DNA of 63,690 bases, counting the filler, from Pelomyxa schiedti (lineage: Eukaryota; Protista; Evosea): assembly GCA_020536535.1 (NCBI GenBank). It is 11 parts of 11 records of this genome, joined end to end, with 100 filler letters (N's around TTAATTAATTAA, not from the genome) between each part and the next. Parts side by side here need not be neighbours in the genome. Positions count along the whole stretch, not along the records: positions 23,706 to 25,423 come from JAHLWZ010002311.1; positions 25,524 to 26,855 come from JAHLWZ010002590.1; positions 26,956 to 34,194 come from JAHLWZ010001367.1; positions 34,295 to 50,945 come from JAHLWZ010001142.1; 7 more parts are not named here. One strand, written 5' to 3'. The notes under the pieces are model-generated. The model saw only the letters and a program-made list of their open reading frames with translations, searched no databases and had not been told where the DNA came from. This document shows, piece after piece, positions 23,957-36,258 of this stretch. Position numbers and translations under genes: made by a program. How positions within the stretch are numbered: the first letter of the stretch is position 1; every line of letters starts with the position of its first letter.

Positions 23957-25146
23957 ATGATTCGAACACAAGGGATTGTGAGGATCAGTGATGTTGGCGC
24001 TGTGGGTTCGAATTGCGTGAACAGCATGGACGCGTGCATCGTGGAGCACATTGTGGGTAGCGTGGACGACGTCGCTACTTTGGTTGCCCTCGACCTCGTC
24101 AACAAACTATTCCACTCGTTCACTGCAATGTATTTTCCCTCAAAAAGGGGTTTTCTTTTTGGTTTCTGTTTTGGTTTGGAAGCACTTTTTTACTTGTTCA
24201 AATAACTGAAACAACTCAGAAAACTGAAAGTGCTTCGATCACAGGGTGTGTGGTGGATAACAAGAAGAAACTGGGCATTGAGGCCTGAGTGGTTGCTGCC
24301 CTCTGACTCCAGGGGAATTAGGGTGTGTGTCTTTGGTCTGGGTGAAACAGGAAAATCATCCATTGTGGCAAGGTTTGGTGGTGGGGGTTTTGATGAGAGC
24401 TATGTGCCCACTGTTGGAGGAAGGCTCCTAGAAATACCAACAGCACCTACAGGTGCCAACAGAGGAAGTGTTGAGCTGGCTATTTGGGGTGTGGAGTGTG
24501 ATAATTCCCCTTCTGCATTGGTTTCACTCTCACTATTTCCAGATGTGGAAGGGCCAGAGAGGGAAAGGTTCAGCTCAACGGTTTCTTTTTCATCTCATGA
24601 TTCCAATCCTCTCTAATCAAAGGTTTCTCAGCTGACGCTTTTCTCCCATGGTGCTGTGGTATTTGTACTGGTCTACGATGTAACTTATATTGGTTCCCTC
24701 AACTACCTGTCGATATTCCTCACTGGGATCCGCTACCATGCTGAACCCTACCACAAGGTTAGAAAGCCTTCTTCCTCTCATATAATAATTCTGTGCCAAA
24801 AATTCTCTCCCCAACCAACTCAATTCAGTTCCTTCTGTGTGGGAACAAGGCTGACTCCGTGTTGGATAACAGAAGCAGCACAACTTCAACATCACCTCAG
24901 AAACCAGCAACACATTCACAAGGTCTTGAGTTTGCCAAGGCAAACAATTTTGATGGGTTCATTGAAGTGTCAGCAAAGACAGGGAGGAACATCCCCCAGC
25001 TTCTCCAGGCCATTGGTGCCCTTGCACTTGAAGGTTCTGCCTCACAAAGAGGTGTCACTTCACCACCTCCACCAAATATTCCTCAAGCAGAGCCACTACC
25101 AAAACACACAGCACCCTCACAACCTTATCCCTGTGTGTTGATGTGA
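23957..25146 (+). CDS. Divergent Ras-superfamily small GTPase with N-terminal F-box-like extension and CaaX (CVLM)
   Basis: G1 GLGETGKS, G2 YVPTVG, G3 W|DVEG (spliced), G4 NKAD, G5 SAK and C-terminal CVLM*. The upstream exon reads MDACIVEHIVGSVDDVATLVALDLVNKLFHSF...VWW. Confidence 0.85.
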
Positions 25147-25849
25147 GTTTTCGTTTTTTTCCCAATCTGCAAACCCAGCAACAGAACATACCTTCACAAC
25201 AATAGGTTTGTCCATCGAGTGGAGATGCAAATGAGCAGCTCACATCACACTTAGGTGTATGATTGTAGAAATGAGGAGAAACAACTCGTGGTGATGACTA
25301 TAAACTAAAATTTCTTAAAAAAAATTAACATAAGGGGCACGAAGCACAACAAACGGTCAACAGCACTGAGTGAGAAAGTGTGAGCTCACAGAAGGTGACA
25401 CTTGAGTCAGGCCAATGCACATTNNNNNNNNNNNNNNNNNNNNNNNNNNNNNNNNNNNNNNNNNNNNTTAATTAATTAANNNNNNNNNNNNNNNNNNNNN
25501 NNNNNNNNNNNNNNNNNNNNNNNGTTCTTTTTCCAACATTGAACAGTCCTATGTCTGCTCCTCTTGGGCTAAACGTTATCTCTGAAACCTAAAAATATGA
25601 GTCTTTATTATCTCTGGAAAGCCAGAGGTTTAATTCTGGTACTTAAATAAACATTTCGACATTACCCTGCCAATGTCAAACCTTTGTTATAGTTTTGTAA
25701 ATAAATACAACCAACAATTTCGTAGTGTACATACTAGAAGAGGGAGTTGACTCCTACTGTGTTTTATTTTTCCTCGAATCATCGCTGATGAAACCCAATT
25801 TGGGCTGTTTGATGGTGATGATGCAGCCACATCCAACGATGAAAGTGTT

Positions 25850-26855
25850 CAATTTTTTTGTGGTTCAATGTAATTGTTTCAACTGGAGAGTTCTGTTTGT
25901 TTTGTATTGGTGATCGGCAGTGTGGGCACTTCCTCACAACCATTGCGCACTGTATTGTAGCGATCAAAATGGGTGAAATGTGGGTTGGGAATTCCTACTC
26001 CAGTGGGTTGCTTGTGCTCCCTATGCTCGTTGCTGCGATTGATTGAAGAGGAAGAGGTAGTTGTCAACTTGGCAGCTGTGCATCCATGATGTACTGCTGT
26101 GCTTGTGAGAGTAGTGTAGAGAGCTCAGACCACACGCCTGGGCATACCATTGACTGGTCATCACCCTCCAGGCTGCGCCTCACCATCTGCTTGTGCTTGT
26201 TCTTGATGTTCAACTTCTTGTAGTTGATCAACTTGCCATCTGAATGTGTGCTTCCTGTGTGGTCAGTTCAGCCAACTCGCTTGCCAAGTGTGAGTGCTGT
26301 TGTGCCAGCTTGGCGCATTCGTCCAGCCTGCACCCTTGCAGTTGAGCAAGTGTGTCTGCAAGTCTAGTGCAAAATTGGAGGGGTGAAGAGATGGGAGCTA
26401 ATGGCCCCTGAGGGGCTTGTCTAGGTTCCATAATTTCATCAGTGTCTGCGTGATAAGTGAGTTGTGTGCTGTGATTTCTTTGATGTGCTCACCCACTTCT
26501 GTAATAGAATTGTCCAAATTGACCAGTTATGCTTCATTTCCTGAGGATCGGCGGTCTGGTGTTTTTTTTATTCTGCCAAGTGGTGTTAGTTACCGTTTGT
26601 AGCTTCAAGGGCCCCTTTTCACATTCCCAGAACCCACATTCAGAACCCCCTCTCCCTCTTCAGCGCTGGTTGGTTTGTTGTTTACACGTGTGCCATCTCC
26701 TTCACCACTTCCTTTTGCTCCGATGCAACTGCCATCTCAATCACCTCTGTGGGGTTTTCAGCCGTGGATTGGCTGCTGCATACTTCCATGCACCAAAGAA
26801 GTGCAGAGCACTAATCACAAAGCACCCAAAGTTCGTGCAGTCAATTGACGAGATT
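25850..26855 (-). CDS. Fragments of a coiled-coil protein with a RING-like C-terminal end (partial, exon model unresolved)
   Basis: CAMVVRKCPHCRSPI resembles the last half of a RING finger, with a helical segment upstream. The first RING half was not found. Confidence 0.3.
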
Positions 26856-26955
26856 NNNNNNNNNNNNNNNNNNNNNNNNNNNNNNNNNNNNNNNNNNNNT
26901 TAATTAATTAANNNNNNNNNNNNNNNNNNNNNNNNNNNNNNNNNNNNNNNNNNNN

Positions 26956-27089
26956 GCGACGCCGTTGCTGCCCTCGAGGTAGCAGTTGGCGAGGTCGTAC
27001 ATCGCGTCGGCGTTGCCTGAGCGGACCTGCTCGATGAGCGAACCAATGTAACTCACGTCGTCCTTGTATGCAGTCGTGGTGTCGTCCAT
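26956..27089 (-). CDS. Sel1-repeat protein, N-terminal fragment (contig end)
   Basis: MDDTTTAYKDD...VRSGNADAMYDLANCYLEGSNGV matches the Sel1 consensus. Confidence 0.75.
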
Positions 27090-27488
27090 CAGAGGGAAAA
27101 TTCGGCAGAAGTGATTTTCCTGAAAAGATGGCGGACAGGTGTGTTGGTTGTTGTGGTGACTTAAGACAATGCCACCACAAGCAGGCTTTTGCCTGGTAGT
27201 CAGGCTTTTCAAAATAAAAAGAATCAGTGTTTTTTTCCTTTTTTGGTGGGTTTTCCTTTGATTTGGGGGGCAGGACAGGACTTTGGTGACCCCTCTTTGG
27301 CAGTGGTTGTTTTCCTTTTCCACCAGGCTTTTCCTGTGGAGCTTTAGATCGCTTATGGGCTGCCACTTGGGTGGGAGAGTCTGATTCACTGTCACTTGCT
27401 TCTTGCCCACCAGATGAGTCAGAAGAATGCTTAGGCGCTCTGGGGGAGCTATCTTGGTCTGACTCTGAAGAGGACTGATGACCTGTGA

Positions 27489-30400
27489 TTAATGATTTAA
27501 AATCAAAATGCCAGATGAAGTTTTACCTTGGCATTCAGCACTATTTGATGCACACTCTTCATCCATGGGTTCATGTGGTGTTCGTGTCATGAATGCTGAA
27601 GTACTTGTTGGAGTGCTCTCAGGAGGTACAAGAGTTGCTAATATCTCTTGTGGGACGCTTGACTGGGATGAAGGCCGATCAGCTTGAGAGGTTGTGGGAG
27701 TTGGGACAAAGGCTGGGGTGTCAGTAAGAAGTAATTGTACTTGAGGAATTGGAAGACTGGAAGCAGGTGGCTCGGAGCCAGCTTTTTCAGTTTCCCCATC
27801 AGTGGCATCCTCAATCTGGGTCACTTCAGTGACTGAAGTTTGAGAAGCTGCATGTGTAGATTCCTCCTCAGGGGGTGTGCTGTAGGTCAAGCTTGGTACT
27901 GTTGTGGGTGCTCCAGTCAAAAGCTGCTGATGTTGCAACTGTTGCCGTGTCTGTTGAGCCTCTGCTCGAGCCTGTTCACGATTCTGAGCAATAGTGTTTC
28001 TTTCATGCTCTGCAATTGTAGAAACGGAACCCATCAGTCTGAACCAAGTGCTGTGCGACTGAATGTATCTTTTCCAGCAGTGAAGGTGGACCTGGTTACA
28101 TGTTTAACGGGGAACAACTTCCAGTTATCAGACCTCGTGAATCAATGTTTGTCTCAGGTACATCCTCTGATCAGCAGCCAAGGAGGTGTCAATTCCCAAA
28201 TAGCTGATGTTGTCTTGGAGAGCCAGAGCACACAAATTAAAACCAGAATCAAAACCAAGCTGAAGGATGTTGGAGCTGTCTCCAAGAACCAGATTTAATT
28301 TGGAGAGTAGATGAATCCATGAGTTGACAGACAACCTCAGCATTGGTGGCACTCTTGAATGCAAGTAATGTCCCATTCTCACATCCACTTCCACTTGCAT
28401 AGTGTTTGCTTGGAAATATTCATGGATGTGGAAGTTCTTCTCAAAGCCGGGATTACAATAGAATTGAACAATGGCAACTCTTCCCTTGGCTTTTTTGAGG
28501 TGAGACTCTGAGCGGGTCATGATGCCATGGCTCGCTGATGCAATGAGAATGATATTTTCATGTAGAAGTTGCAGTCCAAGGTTGTGGAACCATAGACTTT
28601 TTCCAAGTCTTCTGGAAGCACAATCATCACAAACAGACCTGCGTAAAGCCATTAGAAATGTGAACAAAACCAAGTAGTGTGTACATGAATTTGTGGTCAA
28701 TTGATCCAAGAGACCACTTCCAGTGATATTCTGCCCATGAATGGATGGAGACAAGAAGCAAATATTTGCAAGGTTCTTCTCTTTCTGTACAATGGTAGGT
28801 AGGTGCTTGAGATGACATTCTTCCAGAGTAAAAACGCAGGTTGTTAAAAAATTATCCAAAGAAGCAAGCCCCTCAGAATAGCATTGCTAATAGATGAGTA
28901 AGTACACAAAGAGCAACAGAAGTTTTACCTCCCCATAGGCAATTAAGTTGTAGTTCCATAATCTTCCCTTCTCCTGATCTTCCCGGTTTTTCCCCTAGTT
29001 CCTTCAGACTTCTTGGCAAAGGAAAGAGCAGTACCTGTGTAACCGCTTGAATGAGAGGCAGAACTTTTGATTCATCTCTGACTGCGCCATCATACACAGC
29101 ATATCCAACAATACCTAGTTGCCGATGTGTGGGTAGGCCAGGCACGCCAGTGCGCATATCAGCATCAAGAAGTCCAGCAGCCATTACTTTATCCAAAAAG
29201 GAAACCTGCTCTCCTTCGTGGTCTCTTCCGTTTTGTGCAAGTTCTTTAGCCCTTTTTTGCAGGGATGCCCCCTCACTGACCCGAGATTCAAGAGGCTCAA
29301 GAGTCTCCCGTGCCTTTGAGGTTGTGACTTGCCCATTCTGAGCACAAATCCAGCTGAAAGGTATGTCAGTCATGAAAGCTAAACTTGGGAGGAACAAACT
29401 TGAGGTATGCCACAATCAGTTCCCATGGAAGAGCCCACACTTTTTGAGAAAAGTATGTCTCCTGTGAAAAGTTGTGTAGAGAGAGAGATTTGTCAGCCTG
29501 GGTGGTGTTGAACCATTGCTTAAGTGGTTCAATCAATCCTGAAGAATGTTGCAGCTTTATGACAGTAATTGCATGGCGGATGTTATTGCTTTTCCACCAG
29601 TGGTCTGTTGAGTGCTGGACATTGAGTTAGTACAATGTGGGTGGGAGTTCTGGTGTACATTGAGAGCCTCAAGTTCAATGGCAACACTTTCCACAGTTGG
29701 GGCTGATTTTGCAGCCCGCTTCTGCCCCAGTACATCTGGTGCTTTGTCCATCACATCCATAAAACACTTGAGGTTCCGCTCTGGGAATGAGTACTGCAAC
29801 ATATTCCTTGTAACAGACTGCTTCATTTGATTTTGCCATCATCAGCGGTGCTGTGCCCTTGCTGCAACGCAGAGTAAGGTAAGGCCATAACAGTGACAAA
29901 TTCGGGAATTGTTCTGAAAGGGGTTATAAGAAAAAACGTGGGAATTGTGCAAGTGCACTTACTGGATCATTTGTGTACTGTGAACATCAGCTCTGGCATT
30001 TCTGTCAACTTCCTCAAGCTTGGCACGGAGAGACTGCAGCACAAGTGTTTGGCGACTTTCAACTGCTGGAAGACTCTGTGAGACCAAATGCAAAGTTGCT
30101 GCTGTTGAAACAGCCGGAAGTAAAGATGAAGATGTAGTTGCGGAGCTGGGGCATTGGGTTTGGGACCATTGTGCATTGGCACTGTGGATAGCATCTAGCA
30201 ATGCTTTCTCTGCCACAGAGAGACAATCTGGGTGCGCCATTCGCAGATTTGCTTGGAAATGGGAGAGGTTTGGGTGAGCCAATTGCATTTTGCCACCCAC
30301 AGTTTCAAAGCTTACCGGCGGCACCGCCAGTAAGATCAACTGGGGATCACACACACAAAAAAATAAAAGTGACATGTAAATTGCCAAAGTGCTTTACCGG

Positions 30401-31059
30401 CGGCGCCGCCAGTAAGGGTTGTGATTTGGCACCAAATAATCAAAACACACGGAAAACGTACCTCCAGCATGACACCGAGAGATGCCATCATACACACCCT
30501 CGATGTCGGTCGCTGTGAGCACGATGGGCACATAACCGATTCGAGCATCTTGCCAGATCTGAGGGCTGATTCCCTCGAGGCACCGACTTTCCTGACGGAG
30601 TTTAACCCAGATGGCCGAGTCGTTACACCACCCCACATGCAGAATGTCCCTCTCCCGATCTTTTATTCTGCCCACATCCAGGTCTCTGTCAAAATTGCGG
30701 AAAACTGTGGTTTTTTAGCAATACTGGGGGGCAGTATGGTGAGTGAGGCACTATGTTGTGTGTTTATGCCACCCGCAGATGAGCTGTGTGGGGAGACATG
30801 GTTGTTGTTTTGTGTGTTGTTGTTGGCACATCAAAGGAGTCACATATCGTTTTGTGGGTGTACCTGTGGCCATTTCCACCAGCCGAATAGTGCCGTAAAA
30901 TACTGAGGAGCCAACGTTGTCCATCTCAGTCAATGTGGCATCGTGAAAATACTTTAAGCTTATCCGGGCCATTTCCTCAGCTGCCATCACCTCGACTTTG
31001 TGCTTCAAACTATCTTTAGCAGTTTGTACTGTCGTTTTTGTCACTTCTTTCCTAGCCAT
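27489..31059 (-). pseudogene. Intron-containing, partly frameshifted gene with a ParB/Srx-like N-terminal domain and beta-class amino-DNA-methyltransferase-like C-terminal motifs
   Basis: Exon 30462-30704 reads FRNFDRDLDVGRIKDRERDILHVGW...IGYVPIVL...VYDGISRCHA, then LSVAEKALLDAIHSAN. ORF 28128..28859 has NICFLSPS and PMLRLSVNSWIHLL...GDSSNILQLGFDSGFNLCALALQDNISYLGID. An in-frame stop and frame switches occur around 29.4-29.85 kb. Confidence 0.5.
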
Positions 31060-31411
31060 TAATGCTTAACAACAGAAAGAAAGTGCGACTGTACATACAG
31101 GTCTGACATCTCCTTCTCAGTACGCTTGATCTTGCTTGAGCGCTCTCCCTGGGGCACCTCCTTGTCCAAAGAGAGCCTTGGTTTAGTATTCTTCATTTAT
31201 GTTTGCGTTGTATTTCATTTTGCTTTGGTTTTTCTGCTTGGCTTTTAAAGCAAACATTAAAAGCGGTTTTCTGTGTGGTGAATGTTGTGGACATAGAAAC
31301 CACTTAGCACTTTTCAGACCCCACCCTTTTTCTGACCTGTACTTTCTACTTTTAGATTAACATCATTTCAGGGACATTGAAAGAGATCTGTATGGAAAGC
31401 CACATCAGGCA

Positions 31412-33732
31412 ATGCAATGTTGCAGATCCACCTACCAGGTAGATCTACCTGCTTTTTACTGTTACTTTTTAAAAAGTACTTTAAGAGGGGTACCACCCAT
31501 GTCAGCAACGTGCGCCACTCAAGCTGTAACACAGTGCTGCCTGAGGAATTGTGTGACAGCTTTTACTCCTGCTGAAATTGAACAACACCGAGTGAAACTA
31601 CACTCTAAAATAAAAGCTGATCAAGATACATACTTGGTGGAAAAACTGCAAAGGTTTCACTCACACATGTACATATTCAAAGGTGTTTCTGTTATCCCCT
31701 CACTCTCATTTCCATTACGATCTCTATTTTCAATTTCCCTTCGTTTTGACACCAGTCAACACAGGGAGGACTGTGTGCCGAGCAGCATTTTGCTTTTTTT
31801 ATGGAATTGGACATGAGCGCCTTACCAATCTCCATGCATACATAGATGGGTCCAGGTAAAAAACAGGCGAGAGTGAGGGGGAGGGTAGTGTTTGTCCAAA
31901 TTTGTTAACTTTGGGAATCGAGGGGCTCTTGATCTCCACTGTTCCAGAGAATCTGCAAAGCAGAGGAGTGCCATAGAGTGGATAACTTCCTGTGTTATTG
32001 AGTCTCATCTATGTGAACCATTGGTTGGGGAAAGGGCTGTGGATCGGGATGGTAACCAAAGGCTTATCTTACCTGCCTCTGAGACTCTCTCTGATTTATA
32101 TACAAGAATGATAGATGATTTGATGGCAGACGATGTTGGAGCTGAGAAAGTTATTATTATTTAAGCTTATAATAATGTAAAACAACACTGACAAGATCTG
32201 GCAGATCCCAAGCATGCGGACCTTCTACAGGGTTCTAGAGAAAAAGTTTCCCTTCATATTGCATGAGTGCATTACCACCCAGACTCGTTGCACTATTTGT
32301 GACAAGTTACGACGCTCAAAGGCTGATGCACTACGTGGGGGTGATCCGGCTCTAACTTCTAGTCTTATTGGGACCATTGATGCACACACCAAGCTTCACC
32401 TTGGTGAGCGCCAGTACCAAGACCATAAATATGCCAAGGCAAGAAACTTCCCAGCTGAATTGGGTGCTGTGTGCATGGATGCTAAGCAACATCTCGTTCT
32501 GCCTCATTTTCGGAGGTGTACGACTCTCTCAGGGTTGTGCAAAGTATGCTTTGCACATCATGGGCATCCAGGATTTGGGGAACCAAGAAAGGGCTATTTA
32601 CTTATACCCTGATATATGGAACAACAACATAGTTCTTTCAATTCTCCATCAGAATCTTACCAGGATGTTTTTACCCATCCCCCTTGCCAGGCAGACTGGC
32701 ACAGCCAAGAACTGCTTTCGATACAAGAAACTGTACCTGACCTTTGACAACGCCGCTGTAAATAAATGCATGACCTCATTCTTATACTGTGGAATGCTGG
32801 TGGCTAAGCAGTGGGTAAGATCCATTGATTTTTGATTGGCATGCTTCTTCCTGGACATGGACATGGTCTGCAGGACCAATTATTCAGCTCCCTTCACTAT
32901 CCCCTGCATGCACAGGATGCACTTACTGTTCCTGCTTTTCTTGAGTTGTGCAGATGTGCCTACCAGCGAAAGCCAGTCTCTCTTTTTGTGTTGGATGTGG
33001 TCTGGGATTGGCAGGATTATTTCTCTCCATGCTTGCACACTGTGAAGTGGCAACACATTGAGGATTGCTTTGGGTTCAAGATCTCAGTAGGTGTTCCTAC
33101 AGGTGCAGATGCCGCACATGAATCTGTTGTAATACAGTCAAGGCAGTTTAATTCCAAAGAAATGTGGTCTGACCACAAAGCGGACCTCTTTCCCCTTGGG
33201 ATTCCCAGTGGCATTCCCTATGTTACCCACCAGATTTTTCTGTCTTCCAGTGTAAAGAGATATCTGAGATCATCAAGATCCTTCCTCCTTCAGAATCTGC
33301 CAGAAGTTGGTGGAAGTGCTTGATTGATCACCCTGCTGCTGTTTTTCCTGGCCCCAATCCTGCTAGTTCCTTGGTATGTGAGTGATTTCGCTTCTTTGTA
33401 TAACTGAGTGATTTTTTGCTGCACAGTGGGATGAGAACAACTTTTGGAGCACAACTGGATTTATTCCTTGCAATGCAAGGCTCACTGTGCCTCCAATTAC
33501 CACACAGGCATCTGTTTTTTTGAGTAACCTTCATAAATTACAATCACATGAGGATCTGAGGGCCTTCAGCAAACAGGAAATTGTGGTGCTGTTTGATGGT
33601 GGTGTGGCAGAGGTGCACAAGGTGAGAATGCACAAAGGAAAAACCTATTTGCTTGTCAACTTTTTGCAGCCTGCAGTATCACAAGGCATGTCTGTCACCT
33701 TAACACTCCTTACTTCTCCTAGTGACACATGA
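31412..33732 (+). mobile_element. Decayed DDD-type DNA transposase gene (Sola-like, tentative) with introns and frameshifts
   Basis: CC..C...; VCRAAFCFFYGIG; LPASETLSDLY; FYRVLEKKFPFI...RCTICD; H...H; CMDAKQHLVLP; LYLTFDNAAVNK; LLPGHGHGLQDQLFSSL. Frameshifts at ~32520 and ~32830 (T5 instead of T6). Confidence 0.8.
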
Positions 33733-33874
33733 AACAATCTACACTTCCATGAACCCTCCTCATTTTTTCTATGTTGCAGCCAGGTAAAAACATTCTCTTC
33801 TCTTAAGAATAAGAGATGTAACTGCACTTTTTAGCTATGTCCTTTGGCATGCTAAGAAGAAGGATGCCTTGACA

Positions 33875-34035
33875 CAAAGAAACACCTTGAAACAGGTTCC
33901 TCACAATTATATTGCCCGTTGCTGCTGTAATTCACTTCCCCCTGTGCCACACTATGAAGAAAATGTGTGGCCGGACTGCCTTTCCTCCTGAGGGTGTTTT
34001 TTCGGTTTCTCCACACAATTCCTAAAACAACCCCT
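33875..34035. repeat. Dispersed repeat modules shared with 57323-57530
   Basis: ~33878-33930 matches ~57470-57525 directly; ~33962-34035 matches ~57323-57400 as reverse complement. Confidence 0.85.
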
Positions 34036-34316
34036 GTGTGCTTCTGTGGGGATGTGCAGTTCAGTGTGTGACAAGAAAGCAGGGAACAAGCACGAGATCA
34101 AGAAAGGATTCTATTATTTGTTCTGTTTGTTGTTTGTTTTGATTTATGAGGTTTGGGTCGCGATTCTAAGGTCGGAGTGTGTCGGGCTTATAAGNNNNNN
34201 NNNNNNNNNNNNNNNNNNNNNNNNNNNNNNNNNNNNNNTTAATTAATTAANNNNNNNNNNNNNNNNNNNNNNNNNNNNNNNNNNNNNNNNNNNNGTGGAT
34301 TTTAAGGTATTTCCGG

Positions 34317-34730
34317 GTGTACACTTCCTTTGTAACTTCTATTAAGATGCTCTTTGGTTTAACACCAGAACAAACTCAGTGTGTATGGGAGAAGTACTTT
34401 GTGAACACAGGGTATCAAGGCAAGTGGCTCCTTTGGATGCTCTATTTTTTGAGGTGGTACCCTATTGAGCATCAAGCAGCATTGTATCCCCTGAGACATA
34501 TGTCGCTACCATCTCTGGGAAATCATCGACTACTGTTTTGATCATCTCCGACAACTTTCAACCAAGTTCACTCTGCGGTCCGCATTGTAGTGGAACATAC
34601 AAACACATGGTTAAAGCACTGGATGTGCTTGAGTGAAGACTGGCGCCACTCATACTTCAAGCTTAACGAAGCCTTCTTCATAGTAGCCAGTCTGACGAAT
34701 ATTTCCATCCAGGACTCCCCACTCCCATTC
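34317..34730 (+). mobile_element. Internally deleted PIF/Harbinger-ISL2EU-type (DDE_Tnp_4-like) transposase relic
   Basis: N-terminal FGLTPEQTQCVWEKY...LLWMLYFLRWYP lies ~100 bp from the C-terminal FNQVHSAVRIVVEHTNTWLKHWMCLSEDWRH...FFIVASLTNI. The central catalytic region is absent. Confidence 0.7.
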
Positions 34731-36258
34731 ACTCCACACTCTCTCCTTATTTATTTTTTAAATATCCTTTCCAAACCTGGTTTTTTTTTTGTCACACAGC
34801 ATCTGATTAATCTAATTAATTGAAGGGTGTTTGTTCTGGCTGGAAAGTCACAGTTGCAGAATCCTTCCTCGAGAGGATCTATTCCTCTCGAACTAGCATG
34901 GTACCAGATCAACAGAACCCACAATTATTTATTATTATCTCTTTCTTTGTTCTTCACAAACTTAGTGGCTCCAACAGTGGCATTCTCTGAAACATTCAAT
35001 AAATTGTGAAATAGCCAACACCACCAACACCAACGCTTTGCCTGCACTGAGGCCACCACAAACCCACACCAACACCCTCAGAATAACTTGCCCAACACTG
35101 ACACAAACACACTGAAGAACACACAACACACAACACACAACACACAAGAAACAAGAAACAAGAAAACCCACACTTAACCAGCACACAAACTCTCCCAACA
35201 TTAATGCCATCCAAGATGCTCAGACCAACCTTTCTTCTCCTCCCTCCCCTCCACTCACCCCCCATCTCCTGCTTGGCACCAACAAACCAAAAACACAAAC
35301 AACTAATTGGAAATAAGATGAAAAAGAAAAGAAAGGTTGCACAAGGATAATGCACTGTAGCAATACAAAAATTTACCTTGCACTTGTTTTGTGTGGGGTG
35401 GCAGCTGTTTTCACAAGGGTCCACATATGTTCTTCACAAAACAAAAAAATTTTCCCCTTAGAAGTACCAACTGTCCACCTTTTCTACCTGTGGCAGACTC
35501 AAACCTGTTAAAAACAGTAAAAACAATGGCTTTTCCCCATTGGTACAGCAGCCACCCAGGTGGCTGTTTTATTTTTTTCTTCCTTATTAGTACAGTGGGG
35601 TTGCTTTTTTGACAGGAAAGTGATAGGGAAAGAAACAGCCACCCTTTGACCCAGATATGATGAATGCACAACAATGTGATTTCACAGCTTTTGTCTGACT
35701 TAAGGGCTGCCCTCAAAGGCTAAAGTTCATACAAAAATGATAAGGTTGTTTGTTGTTGTGACCACCCTCATGAGGATAACATACTTGTCACCAAAAACAA
35801 CAGGGGTTTGGCGAAAAATAAACAACTCCAGTCCCCTCCTTCAAACACACACAAGAGCACTGAAATCACCATCACTCAAAGCACAAATCATACAACAAGA
35901 ATTAAGAGAATACCTTATCCCTTTCATACGATAGGTTCGTAGTCCTGCAGGGTACACTACACCTTCCCAATATACCCAGGTTGGGAATTAGTACCCTTAA
36001 TTAGTCATCACTCTACAAGAGATTTCCCAAAAAAGGAGGGAACGTGCCAGGCAGTGCACGAGGGAGTGGTTTTTTCCGTGCTTTTTTTGGTGGTTTTGTG
36101 TTTGGTGCTGTCTGTGGAATAGTTACCAACAACATTGGGACTTATGATGACAGTGAGGAGCAAGCACAATGAGTTGATGGATACATCAGTGGCCACTGCA
36201 CAATGTTATTCTCCTTAAAACAAAAGGGTACAGAGTGGCTAGGCAGTACTGGCATAGG

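Noticed and set aside
27165-34035. Terminal inverted repeats bounding the ParB-MTase/transposase block
   Set aside because: The left and right flank modules are not reverse complements of each other within this scaffold, so element boundaries and TSD remain undefined.
34868-34900. Hairpin TCGAGAGGA-TCTAT-TCCTCTCGA followed by CTAG as a Helitron 3' end
   Set aside because: The spacing to CTAG is only ~1 nt, the following base is not T, and no second copy is present in the window.
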